Shown here piece after piece: positions 1 through 12,700 of a stretch of 64,000 nt of DNA (its first letter is position 1; every line of letters starts with the position of its first letter). The notes under the pieces were generated by a model. The model worked only from the letters and a program-made list of their open reading frames with translations. It ran no database searches and was not told the origin of the DNA. Position numbers and translations under genes: made by a program. Source of the DNA: Macrostomum hystrix (Eukaryota > Animalia > Platyhelminthes). Location: contig CATNEN010000025.1 of the NCBI GenBank assembly GCA_950097015.1, positions 9,114,001-9,178,000 of the forward strand. The letters are read 5' to 3'.

Positions 1-52
1 GCTGGTTTTGGCCGAAAAATACGGCTGTTGACTTGTTTTATTTAAAAGAATG

Positions 53-86
<34 letters not shown>
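53..86. repeat. (AAT)n microsatellite
   Basis: Read directly. Confidence 0.95.
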
Positions 87-87
<1 letters not shown>

Positions 88-149
88 TACCGGACGGCTG
101 CAGACAATGCAACATCATTTGGTGACACTAGATACGCAGCCAGCGAGTT

Positions 150-380
150 GGTAATTCGGCCCATTTCACTGACTCCTGAGCATACGCTCACACAGGTGTG
201 TACACCTGTCCTGACTTTCTAATCGTCAGGCAGTGTACACTTTTACTGCGCCTTGGAGGTTGGCCCTAAAGGGCTTAAATTGCACGACAAGCCCCCAAGC
301 CTTCTCTACGCGGCTGCGCCTCAAAAATAATTGCGGCATTGCCGCGAAATCGAGCTCAGGGACCTTGGTGCGAGAGGCTT
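150..380 (-). mobile_element. tRNA-derived SINE-like repeat, family A, copy 1
   Basis: Reverse complement aligns by eye with 13538-13790 and 18146-18290 (gcctctcgcaccaaggtccctgagctcgat... acacaggtgtgtaca... gactcctgagca). Confidence 0.75.
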
Positions 381-1339
381 TGTAAAATTCGTTGAAATTC
401 GCTAATGCCCCCTACACACAGCCTAGTTTGATTCGAAACTCATCAGAGAGAGCTATGAGAGTCGTTGCAGTGTCCGCAGATCGATCAATATTGCTCATAT
501 TTTGAGCATTTCGGAGCCAGCATGGAAATCGATCTGATCTTGTGGCCTGGCCTGAACATTTCTCAAATTTGAAAGTACATAGATAGCTACGAACGAACCA
601 AAAATATGGAATTCGGGAACAAAACCACACATCCGGTCTATAAAGCTAGCTCAAATATATAGTTTATAATTCAAACCGCATAAGCACTAGGTGGAATAAC
701 AGCTCTTCTATGCCCTCCTCATCTGCTGAGCCATGGCTTTAACACTCACTGGCTGATATGAGAACACTAAATTATTGGATCAATATTCCTGGCAGATTAT
801 TTCAGTGTTGCTCACTGGAGTCTTAACAATGAGACCGGGAAGGAAAATTTGGCTTTAAACGCTTTACCCGCTTTTCCCATTGATTTGTTTGGGGAAGAGA
901 GTGGGAGAAACACAAAAATCCCATTGTTGAACTGTTGACCTCTCCAACAATTACAGCATTAGGATTCTAGAGTTAAAATAGATTAGTAAAATATTTATCG
1001 CTAATCGATGAGTCATGCAGAAAGTATCTCATATAGTTTAGGAGTTTCCCCCCCCCCAAAAAGGTAGCGAATATATCTGAGACTTACATTGAAGAACTTA
1101 GATTTTAACCTGCGATCGATGATGATGTCTATACAGAAACTGGTTCGTTCATTTGACAATTTAGCCAGAAATGGTTTCAACAGCTTGGCCTTATACATGT
1201 GATTAATTATATCAGTACGATATGAATTTCTTGGCAACATTTTCTGAGAGAGAGGGGGAGAGAGATAAATTTGTTACAACTGAATGCTAAACAACACCAA
1301 TCCAGTATTGTTAAAGTATCATAGGAGCAGACACGAAAA

Positions 1340-1396
1340 CCTAGCCCCAACCCTAACCCTAACCCTAACCCTAGCCCTAGCCCTAACCCTAGCCCT
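1340..1396. repeat. Short interstitial telomere-like repeat (CCCTAA/CCCTAG)n
   Basis: About 9 hexamers read directly. Confidence 0.8.
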
Positions 1397-2030
1397 GCTG
1401 AAGTTAAAGCCAGAAATTAAACTCTGAAGCTGAGTGTACGCGCGCCTCGTACATGCGTACAAGCCTTCTGTCTTTCTCTCTCTCACTCTCTTGGTCGGCT
1501 CAATTTTGATTGACTTTCTTAATTTCGTGAATTCCGCCGTGAGTGCACGGGTGTGTACAGTACTGCAGCTGTGGTTTTGCCCGGTCAGTGACCAGCAGGA
1601 AGTAAGTTTTAATATTCAACAACGCTCCAGGCCCACATAGATGGTAGCTGCGATAGCGGACACAGTGAGGGCAGCAGCGGTTGCAGCTTCAAGATAGCAC
1701 CACGGCCATTATCTGATAGCCTCCGTCACATGACTGTCAGTTGATTAAATGTTTCAATAGTATAGTTATTAGCATTAACTAATAGCACAATTCAGTTGGC
1801 CCCAAAAAAATTTTACATCTAGCTTATACGAAAGAACAAAAAATATAACTTTTCAACATGGGACATACGAGCGTATTAACTGATCCCAAATATTGGCTTT
1901 ATGAGTCTTGGAAATTGATGAATAAGTAATAAGTTTACATGCTATTGAATGAGTTACAACCTCTAAAGGATTACGGTCCTTTCGTCCTTCTGGTTAAAAA
2001 AGTGCAGAACACGTGAAGCTATGGTCATAA

Positions 2031-2433
2031 AACACAGGAACTCTCAACACTGGAACTTCTCAACACTGGAACTTCTTAACAACGGAACTTCTTAACATTC
2101 GAACGTCCTAACACCCGAACTTCCTAACACCGGAAATTCTCAACACTGGAACTTCTTAACAACGGAACTTCTTAACACCGGAACTTCTTAACACCGGAAC
2201 TTCTTAACACCGGAACTTTTTAACACCGGAACTTCTTAACACCGGAACTTCTTAACACCGGAACTTCTTAACACCGGAACTTCTTAACACCGGAACTTCT
2301 TAACACCGGAACTTCTTAACACCGGAAATCTTAACACCAGAACTTATTAACACCGGAACTTCTTAACACCGGAACTTGTTAACGTTCGAACTTCCTAACA
2401 CCGGAGATTTCTAATACTGGAACTTCTCAACAC
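2031..2433. repeat. 16-bp minisatellite aacaccggaacttctt
   Basis: About 25 units with degenerate ends. Confidence 0.95.
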
Positions 2434-2519
2434 CTAGTTATCCGTATCGAGCAAATTATATTTCTTAAATGATTATATCTATTTTTTAATTTAGACAGCT
2501 AAATGTGAAATGCACTCAC

Positions 2520-5454
2520 CGCGCGTCCTGACGGCGCGACCCGCCCAGCAGCGGCAAAGGCGAGTCCTGCAGCGGTGGCGGCGGTGGGGGCGGTGACGGC
2601 AACGCCGTCAAAGCGTCGCGTGACTCCTCCTCGTCGACGTCCACCTCCTCCTCCTCCTCCTCGCCAGCTCTGGCAGCTTCGGTGCCAACGAGGCCCCCAC
2701 TAAGTGGCGGAAGGGGCGTTCCTGCTGCCGAGCAGCCGAGGTCGGCGAGGTAGCCGGCCGCAAGGTCAGCCTCCGGGTAGAGCGCCTCATCGCGATAGTC
2801 GGTGAGGCCGGCCAGGTCGGGGTCCAGGCTGTCAAACTCGGTGGAAGGCGAGTTGATGATGCGGTCCAGCGTGGACGAGCGCCCAGTGGCGTCCCGTCGG
2901 CGAAGCTCAGCTGGATGCTGCTGTTCGTACACAACTTCTGACACATCATGATGGTGCACATCCTGCTTATTCTCTTGGTGTACTTCCTGCTGAACCTCAG
3001 GTGAATGCTCTTCCTCTTGATGTACTTCAGGTGAATGCTCTTCTTCTTGATGTACTTCAGGTGAATGCTCTTCCTCTTGATGTACTTCAGGTGAATGCTC
3101 TTGTTGGAAATTTTCACCTAGCTGCGGTACAGCAGGATAATGTTTCTCTTCCCTTGGTGAGGGTGGGTAATCTTCCTCTGGCTGTGGTTCTTGCTGGTGA
3201 TGTTCCTCTTCTTGATTTAATGGAGGATGTCCCTCTAGCAGCGGCTCATGTTGGTAATGTTCCTCTGACTGTAGTTTATGCTGGTAATGTTCCTCTGTCT
3301 GTGGTTCATGCTGGTAATGTTCCTCTGGCTGTGATTCATGCTGGTAATGTTCCTCAGGCTGTGATTCATGCTGGTAATGTTCCTCAGGCGGTGGTTCATG
3401 CTGGTAATGTTCCTCGGGTTGCTGTTCATGCTGGAATTGATCCTCAGGTTGCTGTTCATGCTGGTAATGTTCCTCTGGTAGCGGCTCATGCTGGTAATAA
3501 TCCTGTGGCTGTGGTTCATGTTGGTAATGTTCCTCTGGCTGCCGTTCCTGCTGGTAATGTTCCTCAGGCTGTGGTTCATCCTGGTAATGTTCCTCTGGCT
3601 GCCGTTCCTGCTGGTAATGTTCCTCAGGCTGTGGTTCATGCTGGTAATGTTCCTCAGGCTGTGGTTCATGCTGGTAATGCTCCTCAGGCTGTGGTTCATC
3701 CTGGTAATGTTCCTCTGGCTGCCGTTCCTGCTGGTAATGTTCCTCAGGCTGTGGTTCATGCTGGTAATGTTCCTCTGGCTGTGGTTCATGTTGGTAATGT
3801 TCCTCAGGCTGTGGTTCATGCTGGTAATGTTCATTTGGCAGTGGCTCATGTTGGTAATGTTTCTCTGGCTGTGGTTCATGCTGGTAATGTTCGTCAGGCT
3901 GTGGTTCATGCTGGTAATGCTCCTCAGGCTGTGGTTCATCCTGGTAATGTTCCTCTGGCTGCCGTTCCTGCTGGTAATGTTCCTCAGGCTGTGGTTCATG
4001 CTGGTAATGTTCCTCTGGCTGTGGTTCATGTTGGTAATGTTCCTCAGGCTGTGGTTCATGCTGGTAATGTTCATTTGGCAGTGGCTCATGTTGGTAATGT
4101 TTCTCTGGCTGTGGTTCATGCTGGTAATGTTCCTCAGGTTGCTGTTCATGCTGGAATTGTTCCTCAGGTTGCTGTTCATGCTGGTAATGGTCCTCAGGTT
4201 GCTGTTCATACTGGTAATGTTCCTCTGGTTGCTGTTCCTGCTGGTAATGTTCCTCTGGCAGCGGCTCATGCTGGAAATGTTCCTCTGGTTGCTGTTCCTG
4301 CTGGAAATGTTCCTCTGGTTGCTGTTCATGTTGGTAATGTTCCTCTGGCAGCGGCTCATGTTGGTAATGTTCCTCTGGCAGCGGCTCATGCTGGAAATGT
4401 TCCTCTGGCTGTGGTTCCTGCTGGTAATGTTCCTCTGGTTGCTGTTCATGCTGGTAATGTTCCTCAGGTTGCGGTTCATGCTGGAATTGTTCCTCAGGTT
4501 GCTGTTCATGCTGGTAATGGTCCTCAGGTTGCTGTTCATGCTGGTAATATTTCTCTGGTTGCTGTTCCTGCTGGTAATGTTCCTCTGGCAGCGGCTCATG
4601 CTGGAAATGTTCCTCTGGTTGCTGTTCCTGCTGGAAATGTTCCTCTGGTTGCTGTTCATGTTGGTAATGTTCCTCTGGCAGCGGCTCATGTTGGTAATGT
4701 TCCTCTGGCAGCGGCTCATGTTGGTAATGTTCCTCTGGCAGCGGCTCATGCTGGAAATGTTTCTCTGGCTGTGGTTCCTGCTGGTAATGTTCCTCTGGTT
4801 GCTGTTCATGTTGGTAATGTTCCTCTGGTTGCTTCTCATGTTGGTAATGTTCCTTTGGCTGTGGTTCATGTTGGTAATTTTCCTCTGGCTGTGGTTCATG
4901 TTGGTAATTTTCCTCTGGCTGTGGTTCATGTTGGTAATGTTCCTCTGGCAGCGGCTCCTGCTGGTGATGTTCCTCTGGTTGCTGTTCCTGCTGGTGATGT
5001 TCCTCTGGTTGCTGTTCATGTTGGTAATGTTCCTCTGGTTGCTGTTCCTGCTGGTGATGTTCCTCTGGTTGCTGTTCATGTTGGTAATGTTCCTCTGGTA
5101 GCGGCTCATGCTGGAAATGTTCCTCTGGTTGCTGTTCCTGCTGGTGATGTTCCTCTGGTTGCTGTTCATGTTGGTAATGTTCCTCTGGTTGCTGTTCATG
5201 TTGGTAATGTTCCTCTACTTGTTTTAACGGAGGGCAATGTTCCTCTTCCCGTGGAACAGCATATTCCGGCTCTGGAATCTGTCGTTGGCTGTCAACTGTC
5301 TCTCCTGCCCGCATTTGCACCTGATGATTATCCTCCAAAGTTTTCCAGTGCTGCCGTTTGCCTTCTGAGCATTGGGATTCTTGTCTCGGCTCACCTTGAG
5401 TCTCCGTTTCCCAAGCAGACGAGGCGGCAGATCCCTCTTCTCGTTGCATTGGAC
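2520..5454 (-). CDS. Large exon of an unknown acidic His/Gln/Tyr/Pro repeat protein (~66 x QPEEHYQHEP)
   Basis: The 977-aa frame stays open through non-repetitive flanks on both sides of the 30-bp array. Upstream there is a CACTAAC branch point and a CAG/CAG acceptor; downstream there is a CG|GTGAGT donor at 2520/2519. Other exons are unresolved. Confidence 0.65.
3001..5215. repeat. 30-bp coding tandem repeats (EHSPEVHQEE x4; QPEEHYQHEP x~66)
   Basis: Read directly, with frame-preserving variation. Confidence 0.95.
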
Positions 5455-5582
5455 TGCTGGCCGGGGTTAACGCTCAGGTTAGTGATTTACTGCCTGGCCG
5501 GCGCGGTCTGTTTAAAGAAGATTTTCTTAACTTCTCCTGCTCTTCTTATCGCCGATATTTTACTGAGGTAGGGAAGGCTGAT

Positions 5583-6160
5583 TTATATCGACACGACCGA
5601 CAACCGCCCAGTGAATCCTATTCCCATCCTCCCAATGCGACACACCCGGGATTTCTCTCCCCCCCCGTCTCCGTAATCCAGCAGTGGAGGGACTCGCCGA
5701 TTGGCTAATCGGTGGGAGTCGGCGACAGCGGCGGTGGGGTGGGCCTGGGAGCAAAGCAGTCGCTCGACCGTGTCTTCGCTGTCTAATGCTACCACAGTCT
5801 CTATAGTCTGGCGGAGTGGGGTTGGGGTCGGCCCACTGTGCGCGGGCCTTGGAGAGGCGTGGATACACGCCTTCCAGGGTAGTGGGGATATTCTAGTCAG
5901 GGGTGTTACGGTACGCAGTCGTATCTGGCCGCAGCAAGTTGCATTATGTTCCGCCCAGACACACAACTCATCCCATCCTGGCCAATAGCCAACCGGACCA
6001 GTTTTGACCCAATCCCCCCGAAAGGCAAATCGAAAAGCGAGGTCCAAGCGCTTGCACTTTGTAAAATGTTCCACAGATTTCTACCTGGTAGTTGAGGGAG
6101 CGGATTTCCTCTCTGCAGCCTTCCCTGGCGAGTGCACCGGCATGATAGCGTCATCACGCA
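5583..6160 (-). other. GC-rich segment, possibly upstream exon(s) of the repeat-protein gene
   Basis: Exon-like composition and several overlapping short minus-strand ORFs. I could not fix a consistent splice model. Confidence 0.25.
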
Positions 6161-6555
6161 TAGGAAATATGCAAATGCTTAAGAATTTGGATTAAAGTTA
6201 GTGAGATACAGGGGATTTGTGTGTCTGGGCAGGCAGTGAGTCATCGTGTCGCTGTGTAGCCAAACCATTCAGGGATCCTGTCTTTTTTCCACATATTCTA
6301 ACTGAATGCGTTTATTTTCTAGTCGCAAAGGCCTCACGTGAGTCGGTGACTCACTCATCTGGCTGCTAGGCAATAAATCAATGAATTCCCATTGATAATT
6401 CCCTGTACGATGAAATCTACTGCTGAACTTGGCCATTACAATTGCCTGAAACTGACTAAACGGATAATATAGAGATTGACTCTTTATAAACATCCCCACG
6501 AGTAACAGCTTCACAGCCACCCCTGAATATCAAATATTTTCAAATACTACCACTA

Positions 6556-6758
6556 GAAACTCCACTATCCCATAAGAAACTCCACTATCCCATAAGAAAC
6601 TCCACTATCCCATAAGAAACTCCACTATCCCATAAGAAACTCCACTATCCCATAAGAAACTCCACTATCCCATAAGAAACTCCACTATCCCATAAGAAAC
6701 TCCACTATCCCATAAGAAACTCCACTATCCCATAAGAAACTCCACTATCCCATAAGAA
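6556..6758. repeat. 20-bp minisatellite aaactccactatcccataag
   Basis: About 10 perfect units. Confidence 0.95.
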
Positions 6759-6814
6759 ACCCACAATTTCGAAAAAATCAACTATACACCTTCGAAAATC
6801 CACAATCAAGTCCT

Positions 6815-7250
6815 GAAAACCCACTATCCAGCTTTGAAAATCCACTATCCAGCTTTGAAAACCCACTATCCAGCTTTGAAAATCCACTATCCAGCTTTGA
6901 AAACCCACTATCCAGCTTTGAAAACTTACTATCCAGCTTTGAAAACCCACTATCCAGCTTTGAAAACCCACTATCCAGCTTTGAAAACCCACTATCCAGC
7001 TTTGAAAATCCACTATCAAGCTTTGAAAACTTACTATCCAGCTTTGAAAACTTACTATCCAGCTTTGAAAACTTACTATCCAGCTTTGAAAATCCACTAT
7101 CCAGCTTTGAAAATCCAATATCCAGCTTTGAAAACCCACTATCCAGCTTTGAAAACCCACTATCCAGCTTTGAAAATCCACTATCCAGCTTTGAAAATCC
7201 ACTATCCAGCTTTGAAAATACACTATCCAGCTTTGAAAACCCCACTATCT
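6815..7250. repeat. 21-bp minisatellite aaaacccactatccagctttg
   Basis: About 20 units. Confidence 0.95.
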
Positions 7251-7825
7251 TCTAGAAAAAATGAAGGCGGGAAAAGCATTTCAAACGAATCTGTTCCGCA
7301 TTTCTTCAGATCAAAACAATGGACCAGAGAAGATTTATCAACAAGTGGGCGAAAAGATTTCAATAGAACTTTTATAGTTTACTTAATATCGTGATAAAGA
7401 GGAAAATAAAGACTTATAAAGTGCTTGTGGTATTTGGTGATTTGGTACTGTAAATTTTGTATGACAATGAACTAAAATTTAAAATATTATGTGTTTGTGC
7501 GACATATACATTTATTGTCATCATAAAACAATGATCATGTAGCTACTGTCTTATATGCAATAATATGTATCAGACTAGAATGTAAAAGTAAATTAATATA
7601 TCAATTACTAATACGCATCAATAAGCCTGTTGCACAATCTAATAACAGAGAAAAAGTGATAAAAATATAACTTTTGAGGAAGTATTAGTATTTGAAATAG
7701 CACAAGAATGTATATATCAACAGTGCTGTCTTAAAGAACTTTTGTCTTAAGCCGCTCATTTCAAAGGCGAACCGAGCACAGGTCAGTGAAAATAAAAATT
7801 AACTTGTTGTAACCTGAGACTAGTG

Positions 7826-8672
7826 ACTCATGACCAGAATTTATGGTCATTCATGAGTGACCAATGATCAGAATGTCAGCCTTCATCAGTAACTCATGAC
7901 CAGAATTTCATCCTTCATGAGTGACTCATGACTAGAATGTCAGCCTTCATCAGTGACTCATGACTAGAATGTCATCCTTCATGAGTGACTCATGACTAGA
8001 ATGTCATCCTTCATGAGTGACTCATGACTAGAATGTCATCCTTCATGAGTGACTCATGACTAGAATGTCATCCTTCATGAGTGACTCATGACTAGAATGT
8101 CATCCTTCATGAGTGACTCATGATCAGAATGTCATCCTTCATCAGTGACTCATGACTAGAATGTCATCCTTCATCAGTGACTCATGACTAGAATGTCATC
8201 CTTCATCAGTGACTCATGACTAGAATGTCATCCTTCATCAGTGACTCATGACTAGAATGTCATCCTTCATCAGTGACTCATGATCAGAATGTCATCCTTC
8301 ATCAGTGACTCATGACTAGAATGTCATCCTTCATCAGTGACTCATGACTAGAATGTCATCCTTCATCAGTGACTCATGATCAGAATGTCATCCTTCATGA
8401 GTGACTCATGACTAGAATGTCATCCTTCATGAGTGACTCATGATCAGAATGTCATCCTTCATCAGTGACTCATGATCAGAATGTCATCCTTCATCAGTGA
8501 CTCATGGTCAGAATGTCATCCTTCATCAGTGACTCATGATCAGAATGTCATCCTTCATCAGTGACTCATGATCAGAATGTCATCCTCAATGAGTGACCAA
8601 TGATCAGAATGTCATCCACATGAGTGCTCATGACCAGAATGTCACATTTCATGAGTGAATTATGACCAGAAT
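7826..8672. repeat. 32-bp minisatellite gtgactcatgactagaatgtcatccttcat(g/c)a
   Basis: About 26 units, most containing TGACTCA. Confidence 0.95.
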
Positions 8673-9580
8673 GTTATCCTGTCACAATGACCTCGCTCAC
8701 AAACTATAAAACTAAAAGGTTGTCAGCACAGATTCTGATAAAAACCAAATAACCAATAAAGACTTGCAGATTAAAGCATTCAGATGAACAACCTGTGTGG
8801 TTAGGAACCAGCCAATTAACCTTTACCGACATTCATAAAAACTCATAAAAAATCTTTCACATGTGCAAATACGAGATTTAAAAAAAAACCTAACCTTGAG
8901 ACACGTACGAGTACTCGTAAAAGTGCATTTCAAGGAATCGGGTTAACGTCTATGGCAAAAACAGCAAAAGTAAATGTAAAACAGAAGTGGAAAATGGCGA
9001 ATGTGTGACCGCATTGTCTTCTGCTAATGAATGAGTGCCAGTGTGTCTCTGACTAGATAAAAACCTGCGTAGAAATTAGAAATAAAACAGCTGAAACTAT
9101 CGCGTCAGTTGTCCGATGGGACAGGAAAAAATTCGTTGACTAGAAAAAAACGGACACAAACTATGCTACTGAACGAGGCCGCGGCAGTAGCATAGCGCGT
9201 TAATTTTTTATATAAAAAAGAAATTAGAAGCATTTAGAAATAAACTTCTCTAGCAAAAAACACTAGAGGATTTTGATTTGTTTAAGAATAAACTTGTAAG
9301 CAGCAGCAGCAGCGGCAGCAGCGGCAGTTGAAGCAGTTTTCGTTTAAATAGGACAAGATTAATAAAAAATAAGGAAATTTTTTATAGAAAACAGTATTTC
9401 TTAAAAGCGGTTACAATGGACAGTGAGAAAATAAAGTTAGACAAATAAAAATCAATATCGCAATCATGATCAGATCAGTCAGTCAGGCAGAAGATTCTAA
9501 AAAAGCAAACACATTTGATAATTAAACTCGATAGTTTTATCCCGACACAAACTAAAACGGGCAAAATGAAAGTGTCCGCC

Positions 9581-9763
9581 TTAGCCGGACTTGGGCAGAA
9601 AGGCCGATAGGCTGCTTGTGATGCCCGATAGGCCGCCGCTGGCCAGTTTCCCGTTGCCTAGCGACGATATTGAGCCGGCCATGCTGCCCAGCAGGGACTT
9701 GGGCCCCGGCTTCGGCGAGCCGCCTGCCTCGCCCATCTTCATGGACTGTGTGGCCTCCTCGGT
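9581..9763 (-). CDS. CADPS: CAPS exon 15 (terminal)
   Basis: Encodes [15 protein letters not shown]...FLPKSG*, continuing the RLTVEEAT-like motif. TAA at 9583-9581. Confidence 0.8.
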   Translation of the reverse strand, partial: TEEATQSMKMGEAGGSPKPGPKSLLGSMAGSISSLGNGKLASGGLSGITSSLSAFLPKSG

Positions 9764-12700
9764 CTGGCGCGAATTCGAATTCAGGATCGATTATAGAGGA
9801 AATATAGTTTTTTAATTTTTAACTTCAAACTCAAAAATTAATTAAAAATAAAATTTGGAATCAGATTGAAAGAATCCGCCCCTGGTTCTAAGAATCCGCC
9901 CCTGGTTCCTAGAATCCGCCCCTGGTTCCAAGAATTCACCCCTGGTTCTAAGAATCCGCCCCTGGTTCCTAGAATCCGCCCCTGGTTCTAAGAATCCGCC
10001 CCTGGTTCCAAGAATCCGCCACTGGTTCCTAGAATCTGCCCCTTTTGGTCTAAGAATCCGCCCCTGTTTCTAAGAATCATCTCCTGGTTCCAAGAATTTG
10101 CCCCTGGTTCTAAGAATCCGCCTCTGGTTTTTAGAATCCGCCCCTTTTGTTCTAAGAATCCTCTCCTGTTTCCAAGAATCCGCCCTGGTCCCATGAATCC
10201 GCCCCTGGTTCCTAGAATCCGCCCTGGTCCCAAGAATCCGCCCTGGTCCCAAGAATCCGCCCTGGTCCCAAGAATCCGCCCTGGTCCCAAGAATCCGCCC
10301 TGGTCCCAAGAATAAAATATTTAAGCCAGAAATCATTCAGAAATCTGTCTCGCAGCCCGAAGACAAACCTGCAGCCGCGAGTTAAGCGCCTGATAGGTTC
10401 GCGTGTCCAGAACATCGTGAGTGACGCCCTGCAGTTCGAAGTCGCTGTAAACCTTGCGCACAATGAAGCACAGGCACTGCAGCTGGTACGGATGCATGGC
10501 AGCCTGAGCACGATCCTTGACCAGCCAGTCGTGTATTGCGCGGGTCTGCCTGGAGTACCAGTTCTGCAGGTTGGTGGGGGCGAAATGAGTTTAGGCTAGC
10601 CATGTACTTAATTATTACTCCAAACCGGACTCACCTGTACTCAAATATTCTTTTCAGACTAGACTCTTACCTGTACTCAAATATTCTCCTCAGACTAGAC
10701 TCTCACCTGTACTCAAATATTCTCCTCAGACTAGACTTTCACCTGTACTCAAATATTCTGCTCAGACTAGACTTTCACCTGTACTCAAATATTCTGCTCA
10801 GACTAGACTCTCACCTGTACTCAAATATTCTGCTCAGACTAGACTCTCACCTGTACTCAAATATTCTGCTCAGACTAGACTTTCACCTGTACTCAAATAT
10901 TCTCCTCAGACTAGACTTTCACCTGTACTCAAATATTCTCCTCAGACTAGACTCTCACCTGTACTCAAATATTCTGCTCAGACTAGACTCTCACCTGTAC
11001 TCAAATATTCTGCTCAGACTAGACTTTCACCTGTACTCAAATATTCTCCTCAGACTAGACTCTCACCTGTACTCAAATATTCTGCTCAGACTAGACTCTC
11101 ACCTGTACTCAAATATTCTCCTCAGACTAGACTTTCACCTGTACTCAAATATTCTCCTCAGACTAGACTCTCACCTGTACTCAAATATTCTGCTCAGACT
11201 AGACTTTCACCTGTACTCAAATATTCTCCTCAGACTAGACTCTCACCTGTACTCAAATATTCTGCTCAGACTAGACTTTCACCTGTACTCAAATATTCTC
11301 CTCAGACTAGACTCTCACCTGTACTCAAATATTCTGCTCAGACTAGACTCTCACCTGTACTCAAATATTCTGCTCAGACTAGACTTTCACCTGTACTCAA
11401 ATATTCTCCTCAGACTAGACTCTCACCTGTACTCAAATATTCTGCTCAGACTAGACTCTCACCTGTACTCAAATATTCTGCTCAGACTAGACTTTCACCT
11501 GTACTCAAATATTCTCCTCAGACTAGACTCTCACCTGTACTCAAATATTCTGCTCAGACTAGACTCTCACCTGTACTCAAATATTCTCCTCAGACTAGAC
11601 TTTCACCTGTACTCAAATATTCTCCTCAGACTAGACTCTCACCTGTACTCAAATATTCTGCTCAGACTAGACTCTCACCTGTACTCAAATATTCTGCTCA
11701 GACTAGACTTTCACCTGTACTCAAATATTCTCCTCAGACTAGACTCTCACCTGTACTCAAATATTCTGCTCAGACTAGACTCTCACCTGTACTCAAATAT
11801 TCTCCTCAGACTAGACTTTCACCTGTACTCAAATATTCTCCTCAGACTAGACTCTCACCTGTACTCAAATATTCTGCTCAGACTAGACTCTCACCTGTAC
11901 TCAAATATTCTGCTCAGACTAGACTTTCACCTGTACTCAAATATTCTCCTCAGACTAGACTCTCACCTGTACTCAAATATTCTGCTCAGACTAGACTCTC
12001 ACCTGTACTCAAATATTCTCCTCAGACTAGACTTTCACCTGTACTCAAATATTCTCCTCAGACTAGACTCTCACCTGTACTCAAATATTCTGCTCAGACT
12101 AGACTCTCACCTGTACTCAAATATTCTCCTCAGACTAGACTTTCACCTGTACTCAAATATTCTCCTCAGACTAGACTCTCACCTGTACTCAAATATTCTG
12201 CTCAGACTAGACTTTCACCTGTACTCAAATATTCTCCTCAGACTAGACTCTCACCTGTACTCAAATATTCTGCTCAGACTAGACTCTCACCTGTACTCAA
12301 ATATTCTGCTCAGACTAGACTTTCACCTGTACTCAAATATTCTCCTCAGACTAGACTCTCACCTGTACTCAAATATTCTGCTCAGACTAGACTCTCACCT
12401 GTACTCAAATATTCTCCTCAGACTAGACTTTCACCTGTACTCAAATATTCTCCTCAGACTAGACTCTCACCTGTACTCAAATATTCTGCTCAGACTAGAC
12501 TTTCACCTGTACTCAAATATTCTCCTCAGACTAGACTCTCACCTGTACTCAAATATTCTGCTCAGACTAGACTCTCACCTGTACTCAAATATTCTGCCAG
12601 ACTAGACTTTCACCTGTACTCAAATATTCTCCTCAGACTAGACTCTCACCTGTACTCAAATATTCTGCTCAGACTAGACTCTCACCTGTACTCAAATATT

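Noticed and set aside
3001-5571. Plus-strand 856-aa and 537-aa ORFs and the minus-strand 654-aa ORF over the 30-bp array
   Set aside because: These are shadow frames. The 977-aa minus frame extends furthest into non-repeat sequence and has matching splice signals.
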